Positions 47,601-55,963 of a stretch of 55,963 bases of DNA are shown here, piece by piece. The position numbers and the translations under genes were made by a program. Every line of letters begins with the position of its first letter. The stretch's first letter is position 1. Location: the NCBI GenBank assembly GCA_019747095.1, contig JAIERG010000172.1, positions 1 through 55,963 of the forward strand, in the 5' to 3' direction. This DNA comes from Caulobacteraceae bacterium (GTDB taxonomy: Bacteria > Pseudomonadota > Alphaproteobacteria > Caulobacterales > Caulobacteraceae). A model generated the notes under the pieces. It was not told where the DNA came from and did not search any database. It saw nothing but the letters and a program-made list of their open reading frames with translations.

Positions 47601-49650
47601 GGGCCAACAGCTCCAGACGCTCGGCGTCAGAGAAGTGATCGCTGTGCGCCATCGCCGCCACGCACAAGCGTCGGAACGCGAGGTAGGGAACGGTTCGCCA
47701 GCGCGCCACGTAGTGTCTCCCGAGGTGCGGCTCGTGCTCGTCGAGATATACCCACCCGCGCCAGAGTAGATCGAACAGCGATGTCCATTGTTCGTGGTTC
47801 CGGTTTTGATCGTGAGGGACGACGGACGGGCGCTGATAGGTGCTGGGGTCCACGGCTATCGTCGCCTGATCGGCGGCTGCATAGACATCCAGAACAGCTG
47901 TCAGGGCATACGTGAGGTCTGGCAAAAGAGCCGCCCAGAACCGCTCCGGTTCGGGTCGGCGGTCCACGATCTCGACCAGCCTCGCCAGATGGTCTTGGTC
48001 GGCCAGCTTCACTTCGACTTCCGCGACACCGCGGAACCGCTCGCCGAAAGTCTCCGGATCGTCCTCATCTGTCTGAACGCGACGGGTCAGGGAGACGTCT
48101 AGGTCCAGCACCGGCCGCAGGGCCGACTGAATCTCGAGCCTGAGCCAGGCCGGCTCCGCTGCGGTCGCGATCGCGGCGGCGGCGACCCGGCCCGGATGTT
48201 CCATCGCATGGGCGAAGGTCCAGTACCCCTCGGACGAGACGATGCGCCAGAACCGCTGGAGGCCGTCCGGGAGCGTCGGACCGTCCGCGAGGCGGCGTCG
48301 GACGGCCTCACGAAGCTGATGATGCAGCCGGCGGTTTGCACGGAGTTTGGCGATGATTCGGTCGACAAGCCCCTCGCTGCACAGGTGCCTGACGAGCCAA
48401 GGGATCAGGTTGCGGCTTACGGATGGCAAGACGCTGTTGCGATGATCCTCGACGACTGGGAACAAGGGATCGATATGCAGAGCCGGCGCCGCAGGTGCCG
48501 GCCGCTCCGCCTCATGCGCGATCTCAAGTTGTCTCCGGTGGGTCTCAACGATGTCGCGATCACGAGCCTCGAACGCGTCGAACCATTCGATCGGGGCCGG
48601 GACATCCGGCGTCGCCCGTCCCGGATCCGGCTCGCCGACACGGGCGAAGGTCCGCGCGCCGTGCCCGTCGTCTCCGGCGCGTCCAGCGACCGCCCAGAGG
48701 AGGTTGTCCGTGTCGGTCGGCGCGATCCGGTCCGGCCGGAAGGGCGCAATGCGGCGGATCAGGGCCAGCGTATTGGCTAGATAGTCCGCCCGGGCCTCGG
48801 CCCAAGCGACGAGCGTGTCCTTGAGCAGCCGGTGATGGCGGGCCTGGTTGTAGAAGATCGGCTCTAGCTTGCGGTCGGTGAAAGGCTGCCGCGGAGGCAG
48901 CGTTCGGCCCCTATAGGGCGTGAAGATGTAGGCTGGCCCGCGTGCGCGGACGACGCGGGCCTCCGCGTCTTCGGCCGCGAAGGCGTCGGTCATGTAGCGC
49001 AGGACAGGATCGTTCAGACTGTATCCGATGAAGAGGACCGTGAAGTCGGCAAACAACCGGGCCACGAAGCGTGCCGCCCAGGCCTCAGTCAGATAGGCGC
49101 GACCGAAGTCGGCGCTGGTGAGCACGAGATCTGTGTTCGGCGCGGCGCCTAGGCGACCGTGCAGATAGACTAGGCTGCGCCAGCTGGCCGTGCGGTCGTT
49201 GCGCGGAATGGGGAGGATGGGCCCTGCGTGATAGTCGTGCCCCGGCAGCAGGCCCGCCTCCGCCTGTTCGAACAGATGGTCAAAATTGGTGGTGATCAAC
49301 CGCATCCCTTCGGAGCGGCGCAGGCGAGCGAGGGCGAGGATCGCCCGGTGCATGTCGAGGTCGCGGGCCGGCTGAGAGAGCCGTTCGACGACCGTTTCCC
49401 TCACCCGTGCCGCGCTCACCCGGCTTTCGAGGAATCCGAGCAGACGGTCAGGCCAATCCCAGTCCTTGTGGCGCGGGCCGGGCGGGACCTGGCCCAGTTC
49501 GGCGAAGCAGTGTTCGACCAGTCCCCGGTAGTCCGGCAACCCGGCGCCCATGGAGATGCCCGCGCCGCAGAAGATCACGACACGATCGTCTTCCAGATCT
49601 TGGACGAGGCTGTCCGGGACGACGGGGCCATGGCGGACGAACTGAGGCAC
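47593..49650 (-). CDS. SIR2-domain NADase, N-terminal half of a Dsr1-like anti-phage protein
   Basis: QF...GP.VPD.L...VVIFCGAGIS..AGLP, ITTNFD, YLHG, LVLTSADFGRAYLTE.WAARF and FIGYSLNDP; C-terminal PS...H.QN. Confidence 0.85.
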   Translation of the reverse strand: MPQFVRHGPVVPDSLVQDLEDDRVVIFCGAGISMGAGLPDYRGLVEHCFAELGQVPPGPRHKDWDWPDRLLGFLESRVSAARVRETVVERLSQPARDLDMHRAILALARLRRSEGMRLITTNFDHLFEQAEAGLLPGHDYHAGPILPIPRNDRTASWRSLVYLHGRLGAAPNTDLVLTSADFGRAYLTEAWAARFVARLFADFTVLFIGYSLNDPVLRYMTDAFAAEDAEARVVRARGPAYIFTPYRGRTLPPRQPFTDRKLEPIFYNQARHHRLLKDTLVAWAEARADYLANTLALIRRIAPFRPDRIAPTDTDNLLWAVAGRAGDDGHGARTFARVGEPDPGRATPDVPAPIEWFDAFEARDRDIVETHRRQLEIAHEAERPAPAAPALHIDPLFPVVEDHRNSVLPSVSRNLIPWLVRHLCSEGLVDRIIAKLRANRRLHHQLREAVRRRLADGPTLPDGLQRFWRIVSSEGYWTFAHAMEHPGRVAAAAIATAAEPAWLRLEIQSALRPVLDLDVSLTRRVQTDEDDPETFGERFRGVAEVEVKLADQDHLARLVEIVDRRPEPERFWAALLPDLTYALTAVLDVYAAADQATIAVDPSTYQRPSVVPHDQNRNHEQWTSLFDLLWRGWVYLDEHEPHLGRHYVARWRTVPYLAFRRLCVAAMAHSDHFSDAERLELLAHD

Positions 49651-49907
49651 GCGATGCGGTTCCGGGAAGACTGTGAACTGCCAAGGTGGTGACGGAGTCG
49701 CAGCTCTACCTCAAGAGGTATTGTTGCCAGATAATCAAGATAGCATCCCGCCTGTCGGATGGGTCTCAGTCGACCGCATACTTCTCGCGCCAGAGCGGAC
49801 ACTTCGAACCGCTGCTTTAAGCCAGAGTCGGTCATTCCCGCCCTCCCCGTTCTGCGCCTAAGCCTCATTCCGCGAAACGAAACCGCCCGTTCGCCGACTG
49901 ACAGCAC

Positions 49908-50043
49908 CGGATAGAGATCATGTTCGGGCGGCTCAAAGACTTGCGACGCGTGGCAACACGCTACGACCGATGCCCGACCGTCTTCCTCTCCGCCGTCGCC
50001 CTCGCTGCTGCCGTGCTCTTCTGGCTATGAGTCCTGACCCTAA
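49908..50043 (+). mobile_element. IS5-family remnant (transposase 3' end and right end)
   Basis: Reads RIEIMFGRLKDLRRVATRYDRCPTVFLSAVALAAAVLFWL*, then GTCCTGACCC-TAA. Confidence 0.85.
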
Positions 50044-50060
50044 GCCGACGATAGTAGAAC

Positions 50061-50085
50061 GACGGCGGGGTCAGCCCCCGCCGTC
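50061..50085 (-). terminator. Hairpin after the DUF3299 operon
   Basis: GACGGCGGGG/CCCCGCCGTC 10-bp stem; weak U-tract. Confidence 0.5.
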
Positions 50086-50097
50086 CCCCTAGCAGGA

Positions 50098-50718
50098 TCA
50101 TCCATCGACACGCTCGACGATCCGGGCCGTCGCGCCGTTCATCTGGAAGAACAGCCCTTTTTCCCCGTTATCGGCAAGGGTCAGCACCCCGGTGACCTCG
50201 ACCCGGTGATAGCCCGCAGGGATCGGCCGGCGCAGGGTCACCTCAATCACCTCATTGGGCTCGGCAGGCGGGTGGAAGAAGCAGACGGGGGTGTAGGGAG
50301 AGATCAGGAAGTGACGTGTGCGCAGGCTCGATTCCAGTGGGAGCATATAGCCCTGAAGCGTGATCCGACCCCCGGCCATGTCTCTCACGCTTTGCGGGTG
50401 GGCCGCCTGGAACAGCTGGGACCGTTCATCGATCGTGATCCGGGTCTGGCGCAGGACCCGCCACATCGGGCCGTCGGCCGTGGGCAGATTGAGCTGCATG
50501 GCTCGCTCTTCGGCGAGCTCGGCGGCCAGAGGATCGGCGGCCGACGCGTTCTCAAGGGCTTCGGCAGCCTGGGACAGGGGGACTTCGATGAAACCGAGCC
50601 CGGGCTCCAGCGCCATCTCCCCGGGTGTGACGGCGGCGGGCGCGTCGGTCGCGGATTCCATCGGCCGACACCCGGCGGCCAGGAGCAGCAGCAGGGCGAG
50701 CGCAACACGATTGGGCAT
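50098..50718 (-). CDS. DUF3299 lipoprotein (ZrgD-like)
   Basis: Lipobox AAGC; GYMLPLE, FLISPY..VCFFHPP..PNEVIEV. Confidence 0.82.
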   Translation of the reverse strand: MPNRVALALLLLLAAGCRPMESATDAPAAVTPGEMALEPGLGFIEVPLSQAAEALENASAADPLAAELAEERAMQLNLPTADGPMWRVLRQTRITIDERSQLFQAAHPQSVRDMAGGRITLQGYMLPLESSLRTRHFLISPYTPVCFFHPPAEPNEVIEVTLRRPIPAGYHRVEVTGVLTLADNGEKGLFFQMNGATARIVERVDG

Positions 50719-51953
50719 CAGCCGCCTACCAGGGTGCGTACGACCGACGTCCGGGCGGCGATCCACCCCGGCAAGATCGAACCGATCAAGCCCAGCGCCA
50801 CTGCGACGATCACCAGCAGCAACTCCGCCAAGCCGGGTACCGGCAAGGGCAACGCATGCCCGCCCGGCCCGGTGGCCGCGACGGTCTCGGCGACGGCCCT
50901 GGCCCCAAAGGCCCCGATCACCCCGCCAGCGAGCCCCAGCAGTCCACCCTCCATCAGGCTCAGCGACATCATGCGAGCGGGAGAGGCCCCCAAGGCGAGC
51001 AGCAGGGCGATCTCGCGCCGCCGCGCGTACACTGCAGCGATCAGGGCGATCAGGAAGCCGACGCCGGACAGGACCAGCAGGGCGACGCCCAGCCCCGCGA
51101 TGGCTTGCGAGCCCGCGCCGACCAGGGCCGCCAGACGGCGTGCTTCCTCGGGCGGAGCGGCCGGTTGCAGGTCCGGCGTCCCCGCGATGCGACGCGGCAG
51201 CACGACTGCCGCCAGCGGCGACCGATAGCGGACCAGCACGGCCGTGATCTCGCCGACCGCGTCGACGCCCTCCTCGCCCGTCGCCGCGGCGTGATCGTGG
51301 GCGTGATCGTGGTCGTCCGCACCGCCCACCGCCTCGTCATCGTGACCGTGCAACGCCCAGACGCTGCTCAGATCGGTCAGGACCAGGCGGTCGATGACCG
51401 CGCCCGTTGGCCCGAGGATCCCGACCACCCGGTAAGGCTGGTCCGCGTGCGCCTCCCCGCCTGACAGACCATGCTCGCCCGCAAACGAATCGCCGATCGA
51501 GAGCGACAGACGACGCGCTGCCTCGTGCCCGAGGACGGCCTGCATGGGATCGTCCCATACCGACCCCTCGACGACCTCCGCGCCATAAAGACCGAGATAC
51601 TCTGTGGTCGTACCGACGATCCGGGCTCCGGCCACGCTGTCGCCCAGCGACACGGGCACGGCCGCCTCGACGAGAGGATCGCCAGCGAGCGACGCCTGAA
51701 CGGACAGCGGGATGTTGCCCGTCGGCGCATCCACCTGGAACAGCGTCGAGGTCACGATTTGCAGCGGACTGCCTTTGGCTCCCACGACCAGATCGACCCC
51801 TGCGAGATCGCGCGTCAGCCGATCTTCGGCCGCGCGCTGAAGTAGCAGCACTGACCCCAGGACGGCGACGGCGACCGCCAAGCCGAGGGCATGGAAGGCC
51901 CAGGTGAAGGGGGCCCTTCGGATCAGAGCCGCGACCAGACCGAGCGCCGTCAT
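50718..51953 (-). CDS. ABC transporter permease (MacB/FtsX type, ZrgC-like) with His-rich loop
   Basis: DLVVGAKGSPLQ, P.GNIP, P.SLGDS, HGHDD...DHDHAHDH and RRREIALL.ALGA. Confidence 0.9.
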   Translation of the reverse strand: MTALGLVAALIRRAPFTWAFHALGLAVAVAVLGSVLLLQRAAEDRLTRDLAGVDLVVGAKGSPLQIVTSTLFQVDAPTGNIPLSVQASLAGDPLVEAAVPVSLGDSVAGARIVGTTTEYLGLYGAEVVEGSVWDDPMQAVLGHEAARRLSLSIGDSFAGEHGLSGGEAHADQPYRVVGILGPTGAVIDRLVLTDLSSVWALHGHDDEAVGGADDHDHAHDHAAATGEEGVDAVGEITAVLVRYRSPLAAVVLPRRIAGTPDLQPAAPPEEARRLAALVGAGSQAIAGLGVALLVLSGVGFLIALIAAVYARRREIALLLALGASPARMMSLSLMEGGLLGLAGGVIGAFGARAVAETVAATGPGGHALPLPVPGLAELLLVIVAVALGLIGSILPGWIAARTSVVRTLVGG

Positions 51954-52672
51954 CGCGGCCTCTCCATCTCGATGATGGCACCCATCCGGTCACGCAGGCG
52001 CTGGTCGTGGGTCGCGACGATCAACGCCGCCCCGGTTTCACTGGCTATCGCAAGCAGCAGGTCGGCGATCCTCTCGGCATTGACGTCGTCCAGGCTGGCG
52101 GTGGGCTCGTCGGCCAGGATCACGGCCGGCGAAAGCAACAGCGCCCGCGCGATGCCGACCCTCTGGGCCTCGCCCCTGCTGAGCGTCTCGAACCGCCGTT
52201 TGGCCAGAGACGCCATCCCGACCCGGTCGAGCAGATGCATCGCCCGCTCGCGATCCTGAGGAAGGCCCACGGCGAAGGCGCCCAGCAGGACATTGGCCAG
52301 AGCAGACAGTCCTGCCACCCCGTGAATGTCCTGAAAGACCAATCCGATCTGGCGACCGCGCAGACGATCACGCTGCGTCCGGTTCAACGCGCCCAGCCGC
52401 ACACTGTCTACAACCACGTCGCCCGAAATGGGCGAGAGGAGCCCGGCCAAGGTCATCAATAGCGTCGTCTTTCCACATCCGGACGGGCCGAGCAGCAGTC
52501 GCGCCTCCCCCGTCCCAAGCGCGAGATCGCGGACCGCTGTCAGCACGACCTCGTCCCGACCGATCCGCAAGTCCACGGTCTGGATCGCGGGAGTAGCGAG
52601 CGCTCCGGTTTTGCCAACCCGATCTTCGGAGATGTCGATTTCGCGCTGGATTCTTCTCTCCCGCCCTTGCAT
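51950..52672 (-). CDS. ABC transporter ATP-binding protein
   Basis: GPSGCGKT, LSRGE.QR, ILADEPT and ATHD. Start uncertain. Confidence 0.92.
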   Translation of the reverse strand: MQGRERRIQREIDISEDRVGKTGALATPAIQTVDLRIGRDEVVLTAVRDLALGTGEARLLLGPSGCGKTTLLMTLAGLLSPISGDVVVDSVRLGALNRTQRDRLRGRQIGLVFQDIHGVAGLSALANVLLGAFAVGLPQDRERAMHLLDRVGMASLAKRRFETLSRGEAQRVGIARALLLSPAVILADEPTASLDDVNAERIADLLLAIASETGAALIVATHDQRLRDRMGAIIEMERPR

Positions 52673-52676
52673 TGGG

Positions 52677-52691
52677 TGTTACATTATAACA
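52677..52691. promoter_or_regulatory. Zur box
   Basis: TGTTACATTATAACA, close to the consensus TGTTATAnTATAACA; lies between divergent zinc operons. Confidence 0.85.
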
Positions 52692-52721
52692 TATCAACCC
52701 CCGGCGTGAAGTGGATGACCG

Positions 52722-53105
52722 ATGGCGGGTGTTTTGCGAGCTCCAAGTTTTGACGGCATGGCGATGTCACTCTCGGGCCTGTGCATTCTTCACTGCTTGG
52801 CGCCTCCGGTCTTCGCCATCGCACTGCCGTTTCTGGGCGTGCTGGCGGAGACGGAGTGGGTCCACTGGCTGTTCGTGGCGCTTGCCATCCCCGCCTCGGC
52901 GCTCGCGCTTTTCGGCTCGTTCGGAGGCGGCTCCGCCAGCCTCATTCTCAGCGCGACCGCAGGCCTCGGCCTGCTAATCGCCGGCGCGGCCGGCTGGCCG
53001 GACCACGGCAGCGAGACGCTGATGACCGTCTCAGGCGGGCTGGTGCTCGCCGCTGTCCACGCCTTGAACTGGCGAAGGGCGCGACGGCCTCATGGGCGGT
53101 CCTAG
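52722..53105 (+). CDS. MerC-domain membrane protein
   Basis: D...M.LSGLC.LHCL..P, EWVH, and E...TV.GG..L...H.LN. Confidence 0.85.
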   Translation: MAGVLRAPSFDGMAMSLSGLCILHCLAPPVFAIALPFLGVLAETEWVHWLFVALAIPASALALFGSFGGGSASLILSATAGLGLLIAGAAGWPDHGSETLMTVSGGLVLAAVHALNWRRARRPHGRS

Positions 53106-53568
53106 AGCCGCGTCCACCCTGCCGCCCAGGGCGCTGTCCCTCGCGGAGCGGACCTGCGCCGAAGCGGGCGGCAAGCTGACGGCACCGCGCCGCGAGGTCC
53201 TGTCCTTGCTCCTCGAGGCTGACCAGCCTCTCGCCGCCTACGACCTGATCGAGCGCATGCAGGCGTTGCGCGGCCAGACCTATCCGCCGACTGTCTATCG
53301 CGCGCTCGAGTTTCTGGAACGGGCCGGGCTTGTCCATCGCATCAGCAGCCGCAAGGCCTACGTCGCCTGCAGAGGCACCGAGCCCCACCACCGCCCAATC
53401 TTCCTGGTCTGCCGCGAATGCAACGCAGCCACGGAGGTCACCGCGCGCGAAACGGAGACGCTGCTTCAAACCCTGGCGCAGAACGCGGGCTTTGAAAGCG
53501 AGCAGATCGTGCAGGAGGTTCAGGGCCGATGCCGCGCCTGTGTCGAAGCCGCCTGTGAGACGGCCTAA
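53092..53568 (+). CDS. zur: Fur-family regulator, Zur-like
   Basis: LT..RR.VL, AYDL, PPTVYRALEFL...GLVHRI.S..AYVAC, and two CxxC motifs. Confidence 0.82.
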   Translation: MGGPRAASTLPPRALSLAERTCAEAGGKLTAPRREVLSLLLEADQPLAAYDLIERMQALRGQTYPPTVYRALEFLERAGLVHRISSRKAYVACRGTEPHHRPIFLVCRECNAATEVTARETETLLQTLAQNAGFESEQIVQEVQGRCRACVEAACETA

Positions 53569-53613
53569 AGACTGGAACGTCCCGTCAGGCATTCAGCCTT
53601 CAGGGCAACGCTC

Positions 53614-54297
53614 TCAGTCGCGTTCGGCGGCCAATGCGATCCGGGCCTGACCGCCCACGGCACTCCCGACCACCTGGCCCAGCGGTTCGATAGCACCGTC
53701 CGAAGTCACCCGAACCACACCGATCTCGCCCTCCGCCAGCCGCAGGCCAGTGGCGCGGAAGATGTTGCCCGCATGGCTGACCAGCGCTGTGTTGGCCTGA
53801 CGGCCCGCCAATCCGCGCAGGATTGTCGCGAATTCCTCGCCTGCCGCGATCACGTCGCGACCGCCTTCGACCTCGAGGTTTGGGTGGATGAGGCGCGGAT
53901 CGACGGTGTAGTCCCCGAACATGAACCGGGCTGTTTCGGTCGTCCGACACATGGGGCTACTGATGACGTCCGACGTCTCGATCCCCAGCGCCCGCAGCGC
54001 GAACCCGGTCTCCTGCGCCCCGGCGATGCCGGCCACGGACAGATTGCGTTGCGCTGCGCAGTCGGTCGCCGGCTGGGTATAGTCGTCGTCCCGTGACGGA
54101 ACTTCCGTCCTTTCATGGCGGACCACCAGGACAACGCCGCCCGACCTCATCTGTTCGATGAGTTGGGCGGTCGCGTTCGCGCCTGGCGTGGCAGCACTCT
54201 GGTTCGCGGCGTGGGCGACAGGCGGCACTGTCTGGGCCCAGGAGGGGTCGCAAGAGAAAGCGAACGCGGTCAGGGCGGCGAGAGCCACGAGCTTCAA
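53614..54297 (-). CDS. Secreted histidine phosphatase family protein
   Basis: Signal peptide; VVRH, QRNLS..G, SSP.CR..ETA and LVSH. Confidence 0.8.
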   Translation of the reverse strand: MKLVALAALTAFAFSCDPSWAQTVPPVAHAANQSAATPGANATAQLIEQMRSGGVVLVVRHERTEVPSRDDDYTQPATDCAAQRNLSVAGIAGAQETGFALRALGIETSDVISSPMCRTTETARFMFGDYTVDPRLIHPNLEVEGGRDVIAAGEEFATILRGLAGRQANTALVSHAGNIFRATGLRLAEGEIGVVRVTSDGAIEPLGQVVGSAVGGQARIALAAERD

Positions 54298-54311
54298 GGA
54301 AGAGTCTCCTT

Positions 54312-55163
54312 CTATAGTGGGCAGTCAGACATTTTACGCGGGAGCTGTCCGACAGCGATGAGCGCCCGCGACGGCACATTGAACGGCTGGTCTGCAACCT
54401 CACCGCGGCTCAGGCGTAGCCGCCCTCGCAACGTCCCGCGTTCCGATGGATCCAGGGCGACCCAACCTTGGAACTGCTGGAAAATGCGATCGGCGTTGTC
54501 GGCGAGCCAGTTGGCCGAGGCGATCTCCCAGTCCCGCTCGAAAGCAAAGACCGTCACCTCCGCCGACCCCGCCTCAGTCATCTCAACACGCAGCCTGTCT
54601 GGATCGCTCAGCACCCCCAATCCTTCGGGATGCGGCGGATATGCCCGGCCCGGGAACGTCTCCCGCCAGACTGAGTCGAAGAGGATGGCGGGCCCGGCTC
54701 CTCGCGGGTCCGCCCAGGTCGCCACGACGACTCGCCCCCCCGGCCGCACCACGCGATGTAGCTCACGCAGGCCCTGCCGCCAGTCCGGAAACAGCATGAC
54801 GCCAAACAACGAGAACGCCGCATTGAATACGGAGTCGCACAACTGCAAGGCTTGGCCATCCATGACTCGGGCTTCGCAGCCTGAGGGTCCGAAACCGCCC
54901 TCGGCGAACCGGAACGCCACCCGATTAACCATGCCGGGCGAGAAGTCTGTCGCCAGAACGGACCCACCACCAGCCGCTGCTTCTAGGGCCAGGGCCCCGG
55001 TGCCCGTCGCCACGTCGAGCACGCGCTCGCCCGGCGTCACGCCCCCACCCAGCCTCAGCGCCTCCACCGCGAACTGCCGCGTAACCGGTTCGGCGAGCGC
55101 CTCATAGGCCATGGCCGCGTCCGTCCAGACGTCGGCCCTTTGACACGCGCTGGAGACGCTCAC
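54312..55163 (-). CDS. Class I SAM-dependent methyltransferase
   Basis: VLDVATGTG, DFSPGM, FG.M.FPD and RVVRPGG. Confidence 0.88.
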   Translation of the reverse strand: MSVSSACQRADVWTDAAMAYEALAEPVTRQFAVEALRLGGGVTPGERVLDVATGTGALALEAAAGGGSVLATDFSPGMVNRVAFRFAEGGFGPSGCEARVMDGQALQLCDSVFNAAFSLFGVMLFPDWRQGLRELHRVVRPGGRVVVATWADPRGAGPAILFDSVWRETFPGRAYPPHPEGLGVLSDPDRLRVEMTEAGSAEVTVFAFERDWEIASANWLADNADRIFQQFQGWVALDPSERGTLRGRLRLSRGEVADQPFNVPSRALIAVGQLPRKMSDCPL

Positions 55164-55889
55164 GCGGCCTCCGCACGCGGTCCCCAGTGCGGGAAAGGAT
55201 CAGCGAGCTTGCGCCAACGCTCCGGGCCCCGCTCCATCTCGATGCGGGTCAGCAACGCCTGATCTAGCTTGGAGGTCAGAAGGTCGCGGTTCATGCCTGC
55301 TCCAATCAGCACAATCTCCTGCCGCCGGTCTCCATAGGGGTGACGCCAGACAGCCTCGAGCAAGCCAAGCCATTCCGGATTGTCGTCGGGCCAGCGTTCC
55401 TTGGGAACCGACGCCCACCAGAGGCCGCCCCATTCATGCTCCGTCACCGCCCCGGCCTGGCTCCAAGACCCGACATAGGCCATTCGACTGGCTAGCCAGA
55501 AGAAGCCCTTTGATCGCCAGACGCCAGGCCACTCCTTTTGGAAAAGATCATACAGGCGCTGCGGGTGAAAAGGCCGCCGCGCCTTGTAGACGAAGCTTGA
55601 TACCCCGTACTCCTCGGTCTCGGGCGTGACTTCGCCGCGAAGCGCCCGACTCCATCCGGCTGCGCTCTCGGCCTTGTCCATGTCAAACAGACCGGTGCCC
55701 ATCACCGACGCCAGCGGGACACGCCCTCGCTCGGCCCGCATGATCCGGGCTGATGGATTGAACTGGCGCATCATGGCCTCCAGCAGGCCGAGATCGCGCT
55801 CTGGCAAAAGGTCGCTCTTGTTCAACACAATGACATCAGCGAACTCGATCTGATCGACCAGCAGATTGGCGACCGTCCTCTCATCATCG
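55160..55889 (-). pseudogene. 3' part of a COG0523 (ZigA/YciC/CobW) zinc GTPase, interrupted by an IS
   Basis: DDERTVANLLVDQIEFADVIVLNKSDL, PETEEYG, RPFHP.R, RSKGFFWLA and GDRRQE; similarity stops at the IS end. Confidence 0.8.
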
Positions 55890-55963
55890 TGACGTGACCC
55901 CCGTTTCTCATCCAGCCATAACGAGAGTCCTAGGTTGATCTGAGCTGTGATCGGCTGGGTTGG
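55890..55963 (-). mobile_element. End of an IS3-family element (partial)
   Basis: Begins TGACGTGACCCCCGTTTCTCATCCAGCC, a TG-type terminus resembling IS407-group ends, exactly where COG0523 similarity is lost. Confidence 0.6.

Larger units (their letters stand above)
37939..55963. mobile_element. Genomic island downstream of tRNA-Ser (right end not in window)
   Basis: Serine recombinase next to the tRNA, followed by MTase, terminase, defence, IS remnants and metal cargo. No att duplication found. Confidence 0.75.

Noticed and set aside
52722-53105. Mercury resistance operon
   Set aside because: No merA, merR, merT or merP; the context is Zur-controlled.
37939-55963. Complete prophage, or a defined attR
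   Set aside because: No structural, lysis or replication genes, and no duplicate of the tRNA-Ser 3' end found by eye in this window.

Overview
GC-rich Caulobacteraceae chromosome segment, most likely Brevundimonas-like (inferred from mipZ, mgtE-spmX-ivd synteny and flagellin-flaF-flbT-flmG). Bases 1-37938 are mostly core genes: pccB, mipZ, panC, aromatic pathway genes, gor, rpiA, glmU, lipB, tRNA-Val/Leu, mgtE, spmX, ivd, exoD, flagellar genes and a MoxR ATPase. A small accessory patch at the left end holds a DUF559 nuclease embedded in palindromic repeats, a DUF429 RNase H-fold gene and a candidate structured ncRNA. After tRNA-Ser(CGA) an island begins whose right end is not in the window. 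It carries a large serine recombinase with DUF2924/DUF3489, a ParB-DNA methyltransferase, small and large terminases without capsid genes, a Dsr1-like SIR2 defence protein encoded as two overlapping ORFs, an IS5 remnant and a Zur-boxed zinc module ending in an IS3-interrupted COG0523 gene. Notable signals missing from the ORF track are a Phe/Tyr-rich leader peptide before chorismate mutase, an sRNA/sORF with a 17-nt complement of the 16S 3' end, one base at the DUF3489/DUF2924 junction that removes both a stop and a start, and a short motif flanking the defence cassette. All family assignments come from reading motifs by eye; no database search was run.
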